Shown here: piece by piece, positions 24,771-38,719 of the stretch
Numbering within the stretch: the stretch's first letter is position 1
Layout: each line of letters begins with the position of its first letter
From: Lama guanicoe
Taxonomy: Eukaryota
NCBI GenBank assembly: GCA_013239625.1
Contig: MU054187.1
Span: forward strand, 5,157,757 to 5,221,756
Direction: 5' to 3'
DNA length: 64,000 bases
Position numbers and translations under genes: made by a program
Notes under the pieces: generated by a model
What the model saw: the letters and a program-made list of their open reading frames with translations, nothing else
Database searches by the model: none
What the model was told of the DNA's origin: nothing

Positions 24771-26369
24771 GATAAATTCAAACAGCTTTCTCTTTGCTAC
24801 ATGTTGACAAAATAATCATAAGTCCATAATCACAGTCAACAGGAGAGCCAGGATTTGAACATGAGTGTTAGTGCACTTTGATCCCCTACAACTTTGTTAT
24901 CCCTACAGTGGGCGGATTACATATTCAAAGTTGTTGGTCCAGCTGTATAGTTTAGCTCTGATCACCAAGGCATAAAAATTGTCCTAATACCACTGAACAT
25001 TTTTTCCCTGACAGTGTATGACAAAAAAATGATTTTAGTTTTCTGTGACGCTCGTTTTGAAGAGTGAGAACATACACCTATTTAAGAGCATTCCTTTAAA
25101 TTGATGATGACATTATCTATTGCCTATCTGAATCCTTTCAGGATTTACAGGTGCAGATGCATAGTGTATAGATCTGATCAAATTTACTACATAATATGGG
25201 ATTGCGTGTCCCCAACTGGAAGGCTCTTTGGACTTTCATGCACTGCTCAGTGGCTCAAAGGTGGCACAGGAGTAGTTGGAGCCAAGAATGTGGGGTTTAT
25301 AAGAAGCTTGGCTTAGAGCTCAGGGGTTTATTCTGGGTCTTTGGGCTTCAGTAAGCCACAAGAAGTAAGGAAGCTGCAAAACATCTTTTTAATCTCAATG
25401 TTGGGCCTGGAAAATTCAAAGAGAGAGTCTGAAAAAAATAACACTAACTTAATCGGTCTCCACATAAAGTAACCACTTGTTCTCATAGAAAGCACTGTTG
25501 TGTTTATTTTTAGAGCATGAGAAAAAACTGAGGGAAGCAATGAACCCATAATGCATGTCCCTTCTGCCCTGGAGATGTGTTTGAACCTATTTTTCCTTAG
25601 TGGCTGAGCTGTTTCTGAGGGACAGAAACAGCAGAAAGTCTCTTCCAATGGCCTTCAATAGCTGTGTCAAAATTCTCCTGAATTGTCTGCAATTCTTCCC
25701 GATTTGCAGTTGAGTTTACTGTTACCATTGGCTGTTTCAGGTCAGCGTGCAGTTTGCCACCATCTTCTGGATGGGAAACTCCCTTCCAGCTCAGCAGCCC
25801 TCTGTTAAAATATCTTAAGCGGGCTTTCTTCTTTACTAACCCTGTACAGGTTCCTTTCTAACATATTTTGAGAATGTGAGGTTCTGGCAGGATATAGCAA
25901 ATACAAATCAGATTAAATAACACCTATTGCCAAGTGATCAGAGCGGGAAAGACTTGTCCGGATGAAAGCTAGTGAGCGCACTGACCACTGCTCCGTGGCG
26001 TCCTGTGAAATACCCACGGAGGGGCCCAGTTCCGACAGCCGCTTCCGGAGTGCTGGCTTCCTGCTCCGGACTCAGAAAGGTCACACCAAGACAGCTTCAG
26101 CAAGCGTGAGTGCCCTTATAATTGCTCGCTGGGCCCTTGCAAATAAAGTCAAGTCTCAGGTTTCACTTACCTGGATAATTAAATAAGCTTAGAAGAGTAT
26201 ATTGCAAAAATTTCCCTTTTCCCCACTTTTTTGGTTGACACTATTTGGCTTTGCTCTCCTTACCTTGAAACTACCCCAATGCAAGCAGCAATTTTTGCCA
26301 AAGGAGTAGAAAAACTGCTTCTTCTGTCCTCTGGGCGACTGTGTGCTTTCTGGTGGTGCAAGAGGGCGG

Positions 26370-26830
26370 CGGGGATGAGAGCCCGCGCTCTGGGATCCAC
26401 CAAGCTGGGTCTAAACACCAGCTTTGCTATTTGCCCAGCTTTGGGGGGTGAGTCCATCTTGTATCGATAGATGCTCAGTTTCCCCATCTATGAGACAAGG
26501 ATGCTAATAAGGGTAAAATGCGTACCTTATGGTCAAGAGGCTCACAAAGGCTGTAAAACAGCCATTCTGACACGTATGTACTGAGCACTAAGAGGTGACA
26601 CTGGTTTAAGCGTGTATATATTATCCCACTTAATTTCTTCCCCTATGAGGTCAGCTCTATTATTAATCCCAGTTCATGGGACAAGAGCCAGGGGCACAGA
26701 GGCATAAAGTAGCCAAGTAGGGATGTCCCATGGTAGGAGAGGGCCAGCCGGGATGCCAGCCCAGCGACAGTGCTCTCGCAGGTGCATTCTTCTTCACTAC
26801 ACAAAACTGCTCTTTCTCCGGCATGGCCAG
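26370..26830. mobile_element. Two MIR fragments in opposite orientation
   Basis: MIR core ctcagtttccccatctatgagacaaggatgctaata (~26474-26510, +) and a reverse core attattaatcccagttcatgggacaagag...aaagtagccaag (~26660-26720). Confidence 0.65.
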
Positions 26831-27529
26831 CGTGACTCACGGTGCCTTCAGGGCACATGGACACATGTGCACTTAATCCCGCTGAGTGCTTTTGAGCCAC
26901 AGCCGTGCCAAGAGGCCCAGGGAGTCATCCAGGCTTGGCAAGCGTTCATCACCTGCCTGTGCAGGTCCTGGGTTGGGATGTTTGGGAGAAAGTGGAGCCC
27001 AGAGGCCCCAGTTGGGTCCCTGTCATCTTGCTGAGCCTGCTCTGCTCTGAGCATTTCCTAGAAGCCTGAAGGGGATCAATTTTCTTTCCTCTCCTTTTTT
27101 TGCTTCATATTTCTGTACCTCTTTTTCCTCCCCTCCGTACTATCCTTAAACATCATCAGCCAAACACACAGAGGGATACACCCAAGGTTGTGATTTCTCG
27201 CCCTTCTGGGTGGGGAGGCTTCCATAAACATGTCTCCTGTATTAGTTAACACGTTTTCTTGGCTCACCTCATGTATCAAGATGCTCCACAAATCCTGCTC
27301 TTTGTTAAGTCTTTCTTCACTCCTTGCCCCAGCTTGAGTGTATGATGTCTTCCATATGCTGCTATGTACCAGGCAAATGTGAGTGATCTTCTCAACCAAC
27401 CAAGAGACTGTCTTCTGCCTGAGGACTTGCTTATCACCTCATGCCTTGTAGCCTCTAGCAGAGTAGCTACCAAATAGCAGCTCATGACGAAATAGAAAAA
27501 AATGTAAAGCATTTATCAATTCAACCATC

Positions 27530-27840
27530 ATATAAACCAAGTCAAAATACCAATGACAACTTGGGAGAAAATCCTTGCAGTCTATACAGCAAAATGTTAT
27601 TATCCACAGCATACAAATAATGTCTTTAAATTAAATAGAGAAGGATCAAAATTATTTTAAAAAGAGATACATGGCACGAATGGTTAACAAAAGAGGAGAT
27701 GCAGAGAAGCAAACAGTCAATAGCATGTGAAAAAAAAATCTTAATCTTCGCTAGAAATTGAGAAAGTGTGAATAAAAATCACTCCTTCCACTTTTAAAGA
27801 AACATATAAGCAAAAACTTTAAAAGATTTAATTCCAGCCA
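27530..27840 (+). mobile_element. Old L1 (L1M/L1ME) ORF2 3' fragment
   Basis: A-rich degenerate L1 sequence (acaacttgggagaaaatccttgcag...caaacagtcaatagcatgtgaaaa). Confidence 0.55.
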
Positions 27841-27934
27841 AAACAAGGAGGGGCAGGGAGACTTATGTACAAAGGGCAGTGGAAGGAGCATCATGGAGTT
27901 TGAAGCCACATACTGCGTGTGTAATTATGTAGTG

Positions 27935-28320
27935 AGTATTAGTTTGCTAGAGCTGCTGTAACGAGTTACTGCAGACTGGGTGGCTCAAACAATGGAAATT
28001 TATTTTCTCACAATTCTGGAGACTGAGTCTGAAATCTGGGTGTCAACAGGATTGATTTCTTCTTAGGGCCCCCCCATTGGCTTGTAGATGGCTGTCCTCT
28101 CCCTGTGTCTACATGTGGCCTCCCCTGTGTCTATGTCTGCATCCTGATCTCTTCTTCTTATATGAACGTCAGTCACATGGCATTAGGTCCACTCTAGGAC
28201 CTCATTTTAAGTTAATTAGCCCTTTAAAGAGTCTATTTCCAAATACAGTCACATTTGGAGACTGAGGGTGAGGATTTCAAAATATGAGTTTGGTGGGGGG
28301 ACACAATTCAGTGTATCACA
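27935..28320 (-). mobile_element. MLT1A-type MaLR solo LTR
   Basis: gtattagtttgctagagctgctgtaac...aatttattttctcacaattctggagactg...ccaaatacagtcacatt...ggggacacaattcag...aca is a near full-length reverse MLT1A-like LTR. Confidence 0.88.
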
Positions 28321-28589
28321 TACAGCTATAAAATACGGATAGACAAACAGGCACATGATGGATAGATATGTTTCAGAAACTAAGTAGGGTAAACCAAATT
28401 GTTGGTGATGTTTTCCTCTAGGACTGGGATGGAAAAGGAGGTTTTGCTTCTTTTTACAATTTTAAAAGATCTGGAATTATGCATAATTTGTTCAGGATTT
28501 TGAAAATAAGAATAAAAAGTACTAGAAATATTGCACACAGAAAACATATCATCCTCAGTGATGCCAATTGATGTGTATTAATATTGTTC

Positions 28590-28952
28590 CAAGTCCTGGG
28601 CACACAGGGGAACTACATTTCCCAGCTTCCCTTGCAGTTAGATCCAGGCTGTGTGGCTGAGTTTTGACCAAAGGATCATGGGTGAAGGAAAATAAGCCAC
28701 TCCAAGACTTGGCCTGGGAATAGCTCTCATTGTCTCCTTACCCAGCTGTGTCTCTTCCCTGCTGCTTGCTGTACGAGAGGATCTGGTGAAGGAATTCTGA
28801 GGCCCCTCTCTGAGATGGCGGAAGGAGCTGGGGTTTCTGAGTAACCAGGAAGACGAGCCATCCTGACCCACATCTGACTTTCTTTGTGTTAAGTCACTCC
28901 TTTTTAAGGCTGTGTGTTCTAGCAGCTGGCATTAATTACTGTGACAAATATA
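28590..28952 (+). mobile_element. Old MLT1 (MLT1J-like) MaLR LTR
   Basis: ctacatttcccagcttcccttgcagttag...tttgtgttaagtcact...agcagc. Confidence 0.7.
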
Positions 28953-28974
28953 TCACCAATAGGTTCTTTCTATA

Positions 28975-29260
28975 AGGTACATTTTGCTGAATAAAATGAA
29001 AAACGTGTATATCCTTTGAACCAGCGATTACTCTTCTAGGAAACCAACTTTTACAATTAAAAAAAAAACATAGTGTATAAAAATGTGCTTGTAAAGATAT
29101 GCATGCAACGCGAAAAAGTCAACTGTATTTTCATCCATTGGGAAACATTTACAAAATGATGGCATGTTGATTTGTTAAACTCTACACAGACTTTAAAAGG
29201 AATGATCTAACGATTTGTACTAACCTAGAGAGATGTTTATCCCCTAGAGTTATTTACATA
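28975..29260 (+). mobile_element. Old L1ME 3' fragment
   Basis: tatatcctttgaaccagcgattactcttctagga motif typical of L1M 3' regions. Confidence 0.55.
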
Positions 29261-29399
29261 ACAAATCTGGGGATAAATATAGCAGGATTTGTTTTTATTA
29301 AATTTCCACTTAAAGATGTGATAAACCGAAGGACAAATTAGGAAGAAAGATGCTTAGAACTTGGTTCTAAACAATTGTTACCTGTTAGGTAGATAGATT

Positions 29400-29800
29400 T
29401 TAAAAATAGCCTCTTTCTTACCCTTCTCTTAGCCATACTTTCTGCCATACAGCTTTGCAGTTTCTCCCTTCAGGAGGTGGGGTCCGTTTCTTTATCCCTT
29501 AAGTCTGGATTAATACTGGGGCTTACTTTAGACAATTGAAAATGACAGAGGCTATGGCATGCTAGATTCAAACCTAGAACTCAAGGGGCCTTGTACACAG
29601 CCATTATCTTTTCTTTTTCTTTTTTCTTCTCTCTCTCTCTTTTTTTTTTTTTTTTTTTTTTTTTGCCCCCCCCCCTGCTGTTTTACGCCACCACGGAAGG
29701 AAGCTCAGGCTAGCAGGCTGGAAGAGACCAGCTGAGATCAGCAAGGCTGCCAAGAGATACAAGGGAATCCAGCTGAGACCAGAAGGCTGCCTGCTCACCC
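29400..29800 (+). mobile_element. MLT1 (MLT1G/H-like) LTR fragment interrupted by a CT / poly-T / poly-C tract
   Basis: tttgcagtttctcccttcaggaggtggggtc...ctcaaggggccttg...aagctcaggctag. T25 at 29640-29664. Confidence 0.6.
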
Positions 29801-31194
29801 TGCATACCCCTCCCTTTCTCCTTCCCATTTTCCCTCCCTCCTTTACTTTTTTCCTTCTTTTTTTTTTCAATAAGTATAAGATTTTCTTAAAAACAAAAAA
29901 CAAAAACCAAAAAACAACACCATAAATGGCGTTGGGTACTCTGTAGCCCATCACATCGACCAGGATTAGGCCTGAAGTGAGTGAGGTGAGGAAAGACAGT
30001 TCTTAATTCTGTGAACTGCAAAGCAAGTGGACCCTTCAGGAAGCCAGTGCACTGGGGAAAGTAGGGCAAAAATTACCCTAACCAGACAAAATCCTTCCCT
30101 CAGGAAGACAGCTTCTTGGTACATAGTGTGCTTTTTTTTTTTTCCTGCATTCAATTTTACCTGGTTCTGTTGTTTGAAGTGGAAATATAGAGATTTCCTT
30201 TTGTCCTCTGGAACCGGTTACACAGACAAATGAGCTGTGTGGGCATGTTTTTATTCTTGCCTGCAGCATACATGCTCAACTGACCCTCTGTCTCCAGATG
30301 TAAAGGGAATGAAGAGGTGTAAAGCTTTTCATCTGGGGTTTGAAGAAATATCCTGGCGGGGCTCTCACACAATTTCATCAAGATGGACACATTTCCAGAT
30401 GAGTGGCCTTCACTAGGATGGGAAATGATTATGAGCAGTAATACAAGAAGACCAATGAATGACTCTTCCAAGGGATGTGGCTCATGAAAGAACTATTTTA
30501 GAAGGAAAGGGGGTAATTTCATAAGATTGTGATGAATAAAAACTAAGAAAAAAGCCAGTGGTTTTAGCATCATTGTATCACATTGTTCATTAAATAGTAT
30601 CTCAGACTTACTTTAGGTGACAGTTAGCAGATCCCTTCCCAGAGAGAACAGAAACAAGAAAGAGAACTGAGCAAGATGTTGGTGCAGAGAACAGTCAGTG
30701 CTGAATGGTTCCAAAACAGCCCCGGGCTAGAAGGGCAATGTTAACTGTAAAAAATTAAAAACCATTTTTAACGTCAGATTTCAATATGGTATTTTCCTGT
30801 TCAATAGAAAGCATGAAAGTATATTAAGGCTCATTCTGATTATTCAAAACAGCGAAATAAAGATCTCTTCTTTTGTACAGTAGTGGGTTTGGTAAACAGA
30901 AGCCCTCATTTACTGCTACATTTCCTTACATCATTACATAATTGTTCCCTAGGATGCCAGTTACGCCATGGGTATCGAAGTGTGCCACGAGCTAATCCTT
31001 CATTTTAACAGAGTGCTACTCTTCTAGTAAAATCCACAAATATTGTGAGCAAAGAAAATGAACAAGCCTCAGAACTGGATAAGTCAAGTCACCTGATATT
31101 CTTACAAGTGAATTGGTTAAACATATAGCGCAGGCAGTTAATGTTTAACCTCCTGAGCAATCAGGAAGTGCACACGAAATCACTGATGATACAT

Positions 31195-31530
31195 TGTTTT
31201 CACCTATCACACACTGCAGTGAGTTGTAAATTGCTCCAAGCTTTCTAGAAAGCAATTTGGCAAAATGCACCATGAGCCCTAAAAGAGTTCATACCCTTTG
31301 TCAGGCTAATGACACATCCTAGAATCTATTCCAAGGAGGCAGTCAGAGATACAAAGATTTTTATGCATGCGTATTAGTTGCAGCACTATTTATAACTATG
31401 AAAGTATAAAGATTTCTGAGATCTTAATGTCTGGAAATAGAAGTTAGCTAAATTAGGCTACATTTCGATGATTAAATGCTGTGGAGCCAATAATAATGGC
31501 AGGCTTGAAGAACATTTAATGATATGCGGA
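31195..31530 (+). mobile_element. Old L1ME 3' fragment
   Basis: ctttctagaaagcaatttggcaaaatg...gttcataccctttg...cctagaatctattccaagga. Confidence 0.65.
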
Positions 31531-31550
31531 GGTTGACATTAAGTTTTGTA

Positions 31551-31572
31551 GTGTGTGTGTGTGTGTGTGTGT
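31551..31572 (+). repeat. (GT)11 microsatellite
   Basis: Perfect repeat. Confidence 0.95.
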
Positions 31573-32599
31573 CAAAGACAGAAAGAACCAGGAAAAGAGA
31601 GGAAGAGAGGGTTGGAAAATCTCTCCTGGTGTAGGCAAAAAAAAGTGTAGCTGTAAAACATGGAAGAACAAATATTTTTAAAGCATGATAAAGCCTCTGT
31701 AGAAGATAAAGGATTCTTTTACAGAATTCAAGCACTGGGTTTTACAGAGAGGACAAGAAAGGGAGGAATGACGTAGGAAGGGAGCACAGGTGTCAGGTTT
31801 ACACTGAGGAGGAGCCTGGGTTAATAAGTCTTGTGTGAAGCAGGTAGGAAATAAACCGCAGGGCTGAGCAGGGCTGAGTCGGACTGGAGCTCGCTTAGAG
31901 AGGGGAATTGCTACAGCGCAGCACCTCCCTCCACCCCTTAGTAGTAGATGAAAAACACTCCCTGGAGAGATGGTGAGGTTGTATGTCTATCTTGTCTTTG
32001 ACTCTGGGTAAAACAGAAAAAGAATGAGAGAGAGAAAAAAAAAAAAACACATTCCTTGAGAGAAGGTATAAACTTTGCTTACACTCCCTGAAGGTTTGGG
32101 AATGCATCTCCAAACTTCCAAGACAGAAACTTAATTAAAGTGTTATGTGTTGGTAATGACCTCAGAGCCTGTGTTTAATTTGCCTACTCTTCATCCCATT
32201 GGTGAGCTAGGATTTCCTACCCTAGGGCTATGGGGATGGCTGAACACAGGACACTCAACACTGGACATGAGGATGGGCAGCCTGGAGGACACGTAAACTC
32301 ACAGCCTGGAGGGGAGAACATGTGTCCTGCAGGCTCACGTGGAAGTTGCACCTGCAAATAGAGTGAACATACAGGGGATGTGAGAGGCAGTCTCCGTGGT
32401 ATTAAGTGGCTGAGGTGACCCCTGGTTCCTGTGGGAGGATGTGGTTGGCTTGCTGACTGGGGCTAAGCAGGCACTGTGCTTGGTCTCCATCACTGGGAGG
32501 TTGTGCAGCCAGAGACCTTTACCCAAGCAGGCCAGTGGGGAGGGTGAGTTGTGGCTGGCCCACCTGACGCCCTCCAATATTTCAGATGTCAAGGCAGCA

Positions 32600-34800
32600 C
32601 ATACTATTGAATGTTAAGTTCAGGCTTTAACTGTGCCCAGAAGAAGCCAAAGCAAATCATCTCCGGAGGAGCGCACCTAAAAACCAGCCTTAGGGAATTC
32701 CCACAGCAGACAGTCCAGGAAGTGTCTCTAGACACAGAGAAACCAAGCTGTCTGAAGGAGAGTCATATTAAATAAAGAACTACAGAGTCAGATCTTTAAT
32801 CACTAGGTGTTAGAATTTTCTGATAGAAATAGAATACAATACATTTAACACATCTTAAAAAAGATAACATAAAAGCATGACAGAAGAAAAAGAGAGTCCC
32901 AAATAGACCAGGGAAATTCGGTCAATAAAATAGAGATTCTAGAAGTGCTGTTAGAAACTAAATGAATTGGTTAAACAGTAAATTAGAAACAGTTGTAGAA
33001 GGAATTAGAAAACTGGAAGAGCTATCTGGAAAAGAACGAGAGATTAGGAGCCTTGTAGAGGGGGCACTCCAGTGCATATCTGGTCAACGTTTCAGGATCT
33101 AACAGGAAGGATGGGGGAGCAGAACCATGTAAGTGCATAAATGAACAGCAATGAACCTTAGAGTCAGAAAACTCAATGAATCACAAGCAAGGAAAAAAGA
33201 TTAAAAAAAAACAAACAACAACAAAAGTGCTTAATACAAGCCAGACAGAATTCTGAGCAATTTACATAAGTTAACTCCTTTACCCTCACAATATGTGAGG
33301 TTATTAGGCACAAAAAACTTAAATAATATGGCCGGCATTTCATAGCTAGCAAATTACCCAGGCACTCTGGCTCCTGAGTTCACACGACACTATCTCTTGA
33401 AGAGAGTCTCAAGGAGGTACATCTTAATGCAATGGAAAAACACCAAAAGCAATGAGATCTTCAAAATGGTAAGAGGGGAAAGACAGATAACCTACAAAGG
33501 AAAGATAATTAAATAGATAGCTGGCTTCTCAACCAAAACAAAAGCCAAAAGAGAAAACTTCGGAAAAAATAACCCTCAATCTGGAATTATCTTTCCAGAG
33601 TGAAGGTAAAATAAAGACATTCAGGCCAATAAAAATAAGGATTATTTATTTCTAACAGGTACACAACAAAGCACACATACACACACACACACACACAAAT
33701 AAAAACCCCAAACCAAAACACATACTTCAAGAAGAATCAATGATTATGTGACGAAAAATGGTGTATCTCTAAATCAGCAGAGGGAAAACATGGGATGAGG
33801 GCAGACATTACCAAGAAAACACAATAAATCTAAAATAACTGCGTGCAAAACTCTAAAAAGATGCAAATTTTCACTCAGGGATGATCAGACTAACAACGAG
33901 AACAAAACGCTAGGTGATAAAGGAAATTGCAAAAAATGTCAGCAGGTAAAATAGAAGGACACGGAAAGATTAATGGGTGGGAAATTTATTCAACAGTGCC
34001 GGGAAACTACTCTCAAATCTGTTGCTCACTCTTCCCCATGCTCTGCTGTTTATCACATAGACCCCTGTTCCCTTGCCCTCTGGGTTTGTGTGGTTTTGGC
34101 CAAAGGGAAGCTCTGACAAGACAAGAGGCAGAAAGAAGAGAGAAGACAGTTGTTTCTTAGAGAAATTTTAGCAGCTTTCTCTTCTCTGCAGCTCTGCTTC
34201 CTCTGTGTTTCCGGCCCCTGACGGGCAGCTCTGGGCCGACAGACCCTGCGCCTGGGCTCTGGGACACCACCTCCTTTCATCGGGATGCTCACAGCTTCCT
34301 GCTGCTGCTCACCCAGGTGGCCCCTCTTTGCCTCTCAGTTCTTTAGTCACCTGTGTAAACAGTTCTTGGTATCAAATCCTAGTTGGTTGGAATAACGATA
34401 ATATTTTTTGTTTGCTCCTAAAAAACAAGTTAGAGTAGCTATAGTAACATCAGGGGGGAAGAAAAAGACTGGAAATGATTACTAGTGAGAGCCACTATAA
34501 TTGATCAAAATACATTGATTTGAAATATAAAATAATTGCATTGTGTCTGCACTAACAAAACAGCATCAGATCAAATCAAAATCAACAGAACCTCAAGGGA
34601 AAATTGCAAATCAACGTTCATAGTGAGAAATTTTAACACTAGTCTTTCACAATTGACCAAAACGAAAATTTGGGAGGTCAAAGATTTAAGCCCATAACAA
34701 GCGAGCGTGAATGAACAGGTCACTTTAAGACTGAACCATGGAGGACAATTATAAAATTTGAGTATGTGTTATGCTATGAAACATGTTTTTGTAAGTTTTA
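32600..34800 (+). mobile_element. Fragmented old L1 5' region (ORF1 to ORF2 endonuclease) with a nested MIR (~33225-33385) and LTR
   Basis: ORF1-like ggttaaacagtaaattagaaacag...gaattagaaaactggaaga; gtgaaggtaaaataaagacatt; endonuclease-like catagtgagaaattttaacac (~34620). Confidence 0.6.
34010..34390. mobile_element. LTR33-like ERVL LTR fragment
   Basis: cccttgccctctgggttt...tttggccaaagggaagctctgacaaga...agagaag resembles the LTR33/LTR16 group. Confidence 0.55.
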
Positions 34801-35039
34801 AGCACTTTCTTTTTCTCTCATTTTATAGTTCTCTTTCAGTTTGCAGTTTTACTGAATATTTAAATAAATTTGGAATTAACTGAAATTTTGTTTGCTACCT
34901 AAATATTGGTATATAGTCCATGGACTTTTGAAAACAGAATATAATATTTGGAGAGTACAAAAATTCAATACAGACCTTAGATCCAAGGCCAAATTCTGTA
35001 TCACCAATGTTTTGGGGTTTTTTTGTTTATTTTTTGATC

Positions 35040-36550
35040 TGATAAAGGACAAGAGAAGCATTTAAAGTCTCCCACAAAATCAGTTTTTCAGATTCTTCTT
35101 CTAAGACAAGACTCTTACGTATTGTGATGCTATTTTATTTAATATGTAGTGTATCTTGTGCATACGTTACGGTTATAGCACACCTGTTATGTGCTCTTTG
35201 ATGCCTACATACCTCGTCTCACTTCAATATTTTAGCTGTGAATTACAGTCTGTCTGAAATTGACAATCCCATGACCTGCCTTTCTTGTCCACACGTGCCA
35301 CGTGCCTTATGTTTTCTGTGTCATTTGTCTAAGGATGTCTCTAGCAAGCACCATACACTCGTATTTTGTTTTTTAATAAAGACATTATAACTGATGCTGA
35401 ATATTATCTCCCATTGTCTTATATTTTCTGACTTTGTTTTTTAAAAGTATTTCCCTTGTTTTCTGTTTTTCTAAAAAATAGAATATGCTTTGTTTAATTT
35501 TTATCATCTTTGTGATATAGAAGGCTCATGCTCTATTTTAAATTCTACTTGTGGTTGCCTTTATGTTCATTAAAATATATTTCTTAAATTTTATTTTGCC
35601 AAAAGAAGCCAATTTAATGGTGAAAAAGATCTTTTGATTTCTGTATGGAACTTGATGAGTTTTGCTTACCTTCCTTACCCATTTATACTTACTCTCACTT
35701 TGTCATTTGCAGCATTATTTGGGACCATATAATTGAATTTTCAATTAGATTGTTTTTACAACACATGCATTTTCCTCGGAAAATAGTCTTGATATTTGCT
35801 TACAATTTTATAACCATTTATATAACAATGATCTCGATGGTAGCTGCTAATCCTGTTATACCAAAGACTGCCTTGACATTTTCATTCTGTTTATCACACA
35901 GAGCATGTAATTTTTTTCAAGAATGTCCTGTAAATAGCACATGTTTTGAGTATTTTCTCATCCGAGAATATTTCTTGCTTTGGTTCATAAGAAATTCATT
36001 ATTCAAAAGTCTTAGTTCTCAACCTGTTTTCCAAAAATTCTGTAACACTGTTCTATGATCTCCTGGCATTTAGTGTTTGTTGCACTGAGAAATATAAAGA
36101 TGACTTTGTGCCCTGCTAAAAAAGTTTTTTTTCACACTTACTAGATGATCTTCTGTTAATTCTTGGAATTAAAAATGAGTAACTTGGATACGTGGATGGG
36201 ACCAAGTCAGGAGGACTTTTGGCAAAATTTGCTTGAAAATTTGCTGTCATAGTCTGCATACTTTTTGTCCAGAATATTTTCCTCAATTATATTTTTTATT
36301 ATCACTTCTATACCTACTGTTATAGTTTGCTATTTTGTTGTTATTTGAATTTCTTTCAAATTACAACTATATTTTATGTTCTCACTTTCATTTTCTTTAT
36401 TATCATTCTATTTCATCTTTTTTTCACCCTAGAGCCTTAGAGAGATTCCAATGATTTCTGCCTCGTTAATTCTACTGTCTATTGTCCAACTGAAGATTTT
36501 TATTCTGGTCTTATCAGTTGTTTTCTTTCAGCCCTTCCTTTTCTTACCCT
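35040..36550 (-). mobile_element. Old L1 5' region fragment, reverse
   Basis: T-rich degenerate L1 antisense; aaagtctcccac (reverse of the VGDF codons) near 35065. Confidence 0.55.
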
Positions 36551-36719
36551 CTTCATGTCTTTTGGCTGCCTCTGCGCTCAGACTCTGGCTTATTCAACGT
36601 CGTCTGCTATGGATTTTTGTGTCTAAGTGAGAAAGGCTGCTGCTTTCATCACATTAAGCAGATCAAACTTTTTTTAAATTACAAGCAGTAATTTCAGAGG
36701 GTGTAAGTAAAGAAAATTG

Positions 36720-37165
36720 ATGATGAAATGAGAAAGGGGACATATATTTTAGTAACGTGGTCAAGGATGCCCTCTTGGAAGAGGTGATGCTGAGCTGAGA
36801 TTTGGGTAGTGAAAAGGAGGCAGCTCACAGGAGGATCTGAGAGAAAGGGGTCAAAGCTAAGAAAGGGCGTGACTGGGGAGAGAGCTAGAGAAGTTTGAGG
36901 AGACATAAGGAAGCTAGGCACTGGAGGTGGTTGTGCAGGTAGGACAGTATCAGACACGAGGCTGGTTGGGGCGGCAGGAGCCAGTGTTCCTGGAACACTG
37001 CAGGCCTGGTAAGGAGCAGAACATGACCTTTTCCCACTCGTATTAAACTCTTTAGAACGTGAACTCGAGGAGGGTAGTGCTGGGCTTCATTCATAGTTGT
37101 ACGTCCAGTGCCCCGAACGGTGCCTGACAAGCAGTATTTCAATAAATACATATCAATAAATACGC
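36720..37165. mobile_element. LINE-2 3' fragments (reverse, then forward)
   Basis: gtggtcaaggatgccctcttggaagaggtgatgctgagctgaga (reverse L2) and ccagtgccccgaacggtgcctgaca...tcaataaata (forward tail). Confidence 0.7.
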
Positions 37166-38719
37166 AAGTTAACAAATAAAATAATGATAGTAGCTAAGAT
37201 CCCTGATTTTTTTTTTCTACTACTCGTGTGGGCTGGGAATACAAGAGTTAATATCACTTTTGAAATGGAGATTCTTCTTTTATTTAGCTACGTGGTTCCA
37301 GATTGTCAACATGTGTATAAAACACAGCCAAAACTCTTTCTTTCTATCTAGTCATATCTTGTCAGCGTCAGCTGGACACAAAGCCCCATTGTTGAGATAT
37401 TTATCGAGAGAATTTTCCCTTAGTGACGATGCAGATCTGAAAAGGAGAATTCTATCAACCTCAAGACTTTTCTTTGTTAAAATGTATCAAAGTCTAAGTT
37501 TTGTTTCAGTATAATTATTCAGTAAAACTCCCAACTGCGGAAGTAATTTTTCCCTTGTTAAGGATGATTGAATCAGCAAACGTAAGGGAAGCACTTAAAC
37601 CATAATAAGAATGTCACTTGGTAGTTTATTAAGCTTTTGGCTCTTGATATGCAGCCCAGAGAAGTCATTCTCTGTCTTCATGGATGAAAGGACAGGAACT
37701 GACAGAATTCATGAGCCTGAAAAAGTCTGTGCCATGCTTTGGGGAAGGCCAGTGATTTCTTCCAGTTTCTAGTACTTTCAGGCAGTAGGAGGTAATCATT
37801 TTAAGGGTAGACAAATACTCAGCTCTCTGTTGTCTTGGTATCTGCCTGCGTGTGACATCGAAGGAAGTGAAGGCAATCTCCACTCTTAGTCTAAGAAGAG
37901 TTACATGTTGGAACCATTAAGAAACACATTATTGTTCAATAAGCTTACATGCGTCGATTTTTAGCATTCCACCTTTAGCCAAATCGCGAAGTCATGTCTG
38001 TCAAAACTGAAAATATTCCACTGACTGTCATTGAAAAGGTTTATAGTGTTATTTTCAGCACTAGTGTTCACTGTGAGTCTGCTTAGAAACACATACAGTT
38101 CTGATACACTTCAAGTAATTTCTATTTCTTCTTTTTATGGATACAGATGGTCATGTCATATGAGTGAACATGAAATAAATCTTTGTTGATCATGGCAATG
38201 GTAAAACCAAAAAATTTTTAGATATGAAGAACAGTCATGATTGTGATGCCGTCTTACTATAAAAAGGGCTATCTGAGAATCAAGATGAAAACCAAACAAT
38301 CCAATTGTGAAAAAGCAGGTATCTCAACAAGCTTACCAACTTGGTAAAAGCACGTTTTCAACTTAAAATGAGTGCTGAAATCGGTATAGAAGTGAAATGT
38401 TCTCCCAAGCCTTTTAGCCTTCTCTCTGGTAACAGTAAATGTGGTTCCTATTACACCGCTTCGCTTTGGCACTGTACCGACGTGAATCATGATGTCGTCA
38501 AGAAAATACATAACAACTTCAGCAGGAAACAAACGCAGAAGCACTCATTACATTGTTAACAAGTTTATACTGAGAAACAAACTTAGTAGTGAAATTTCTT
38601 ACTCTAAATTTTCAAGTTGGGGTAAAAAAGTGATCACCTGTCCAAATTTATTTGAATCTAATTCTCTGTACTTCTGCAGCTGAAAGCGTCTTCCACCTTC
38701 ATGGCAAGAGCCTTTTCAC

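Noticed and set aside
38269..38683. Cluster of overlapping 64-91 aa ORFs
   Set aside because: No recognisable domain or splice structure, and lengths are compatible with chance.
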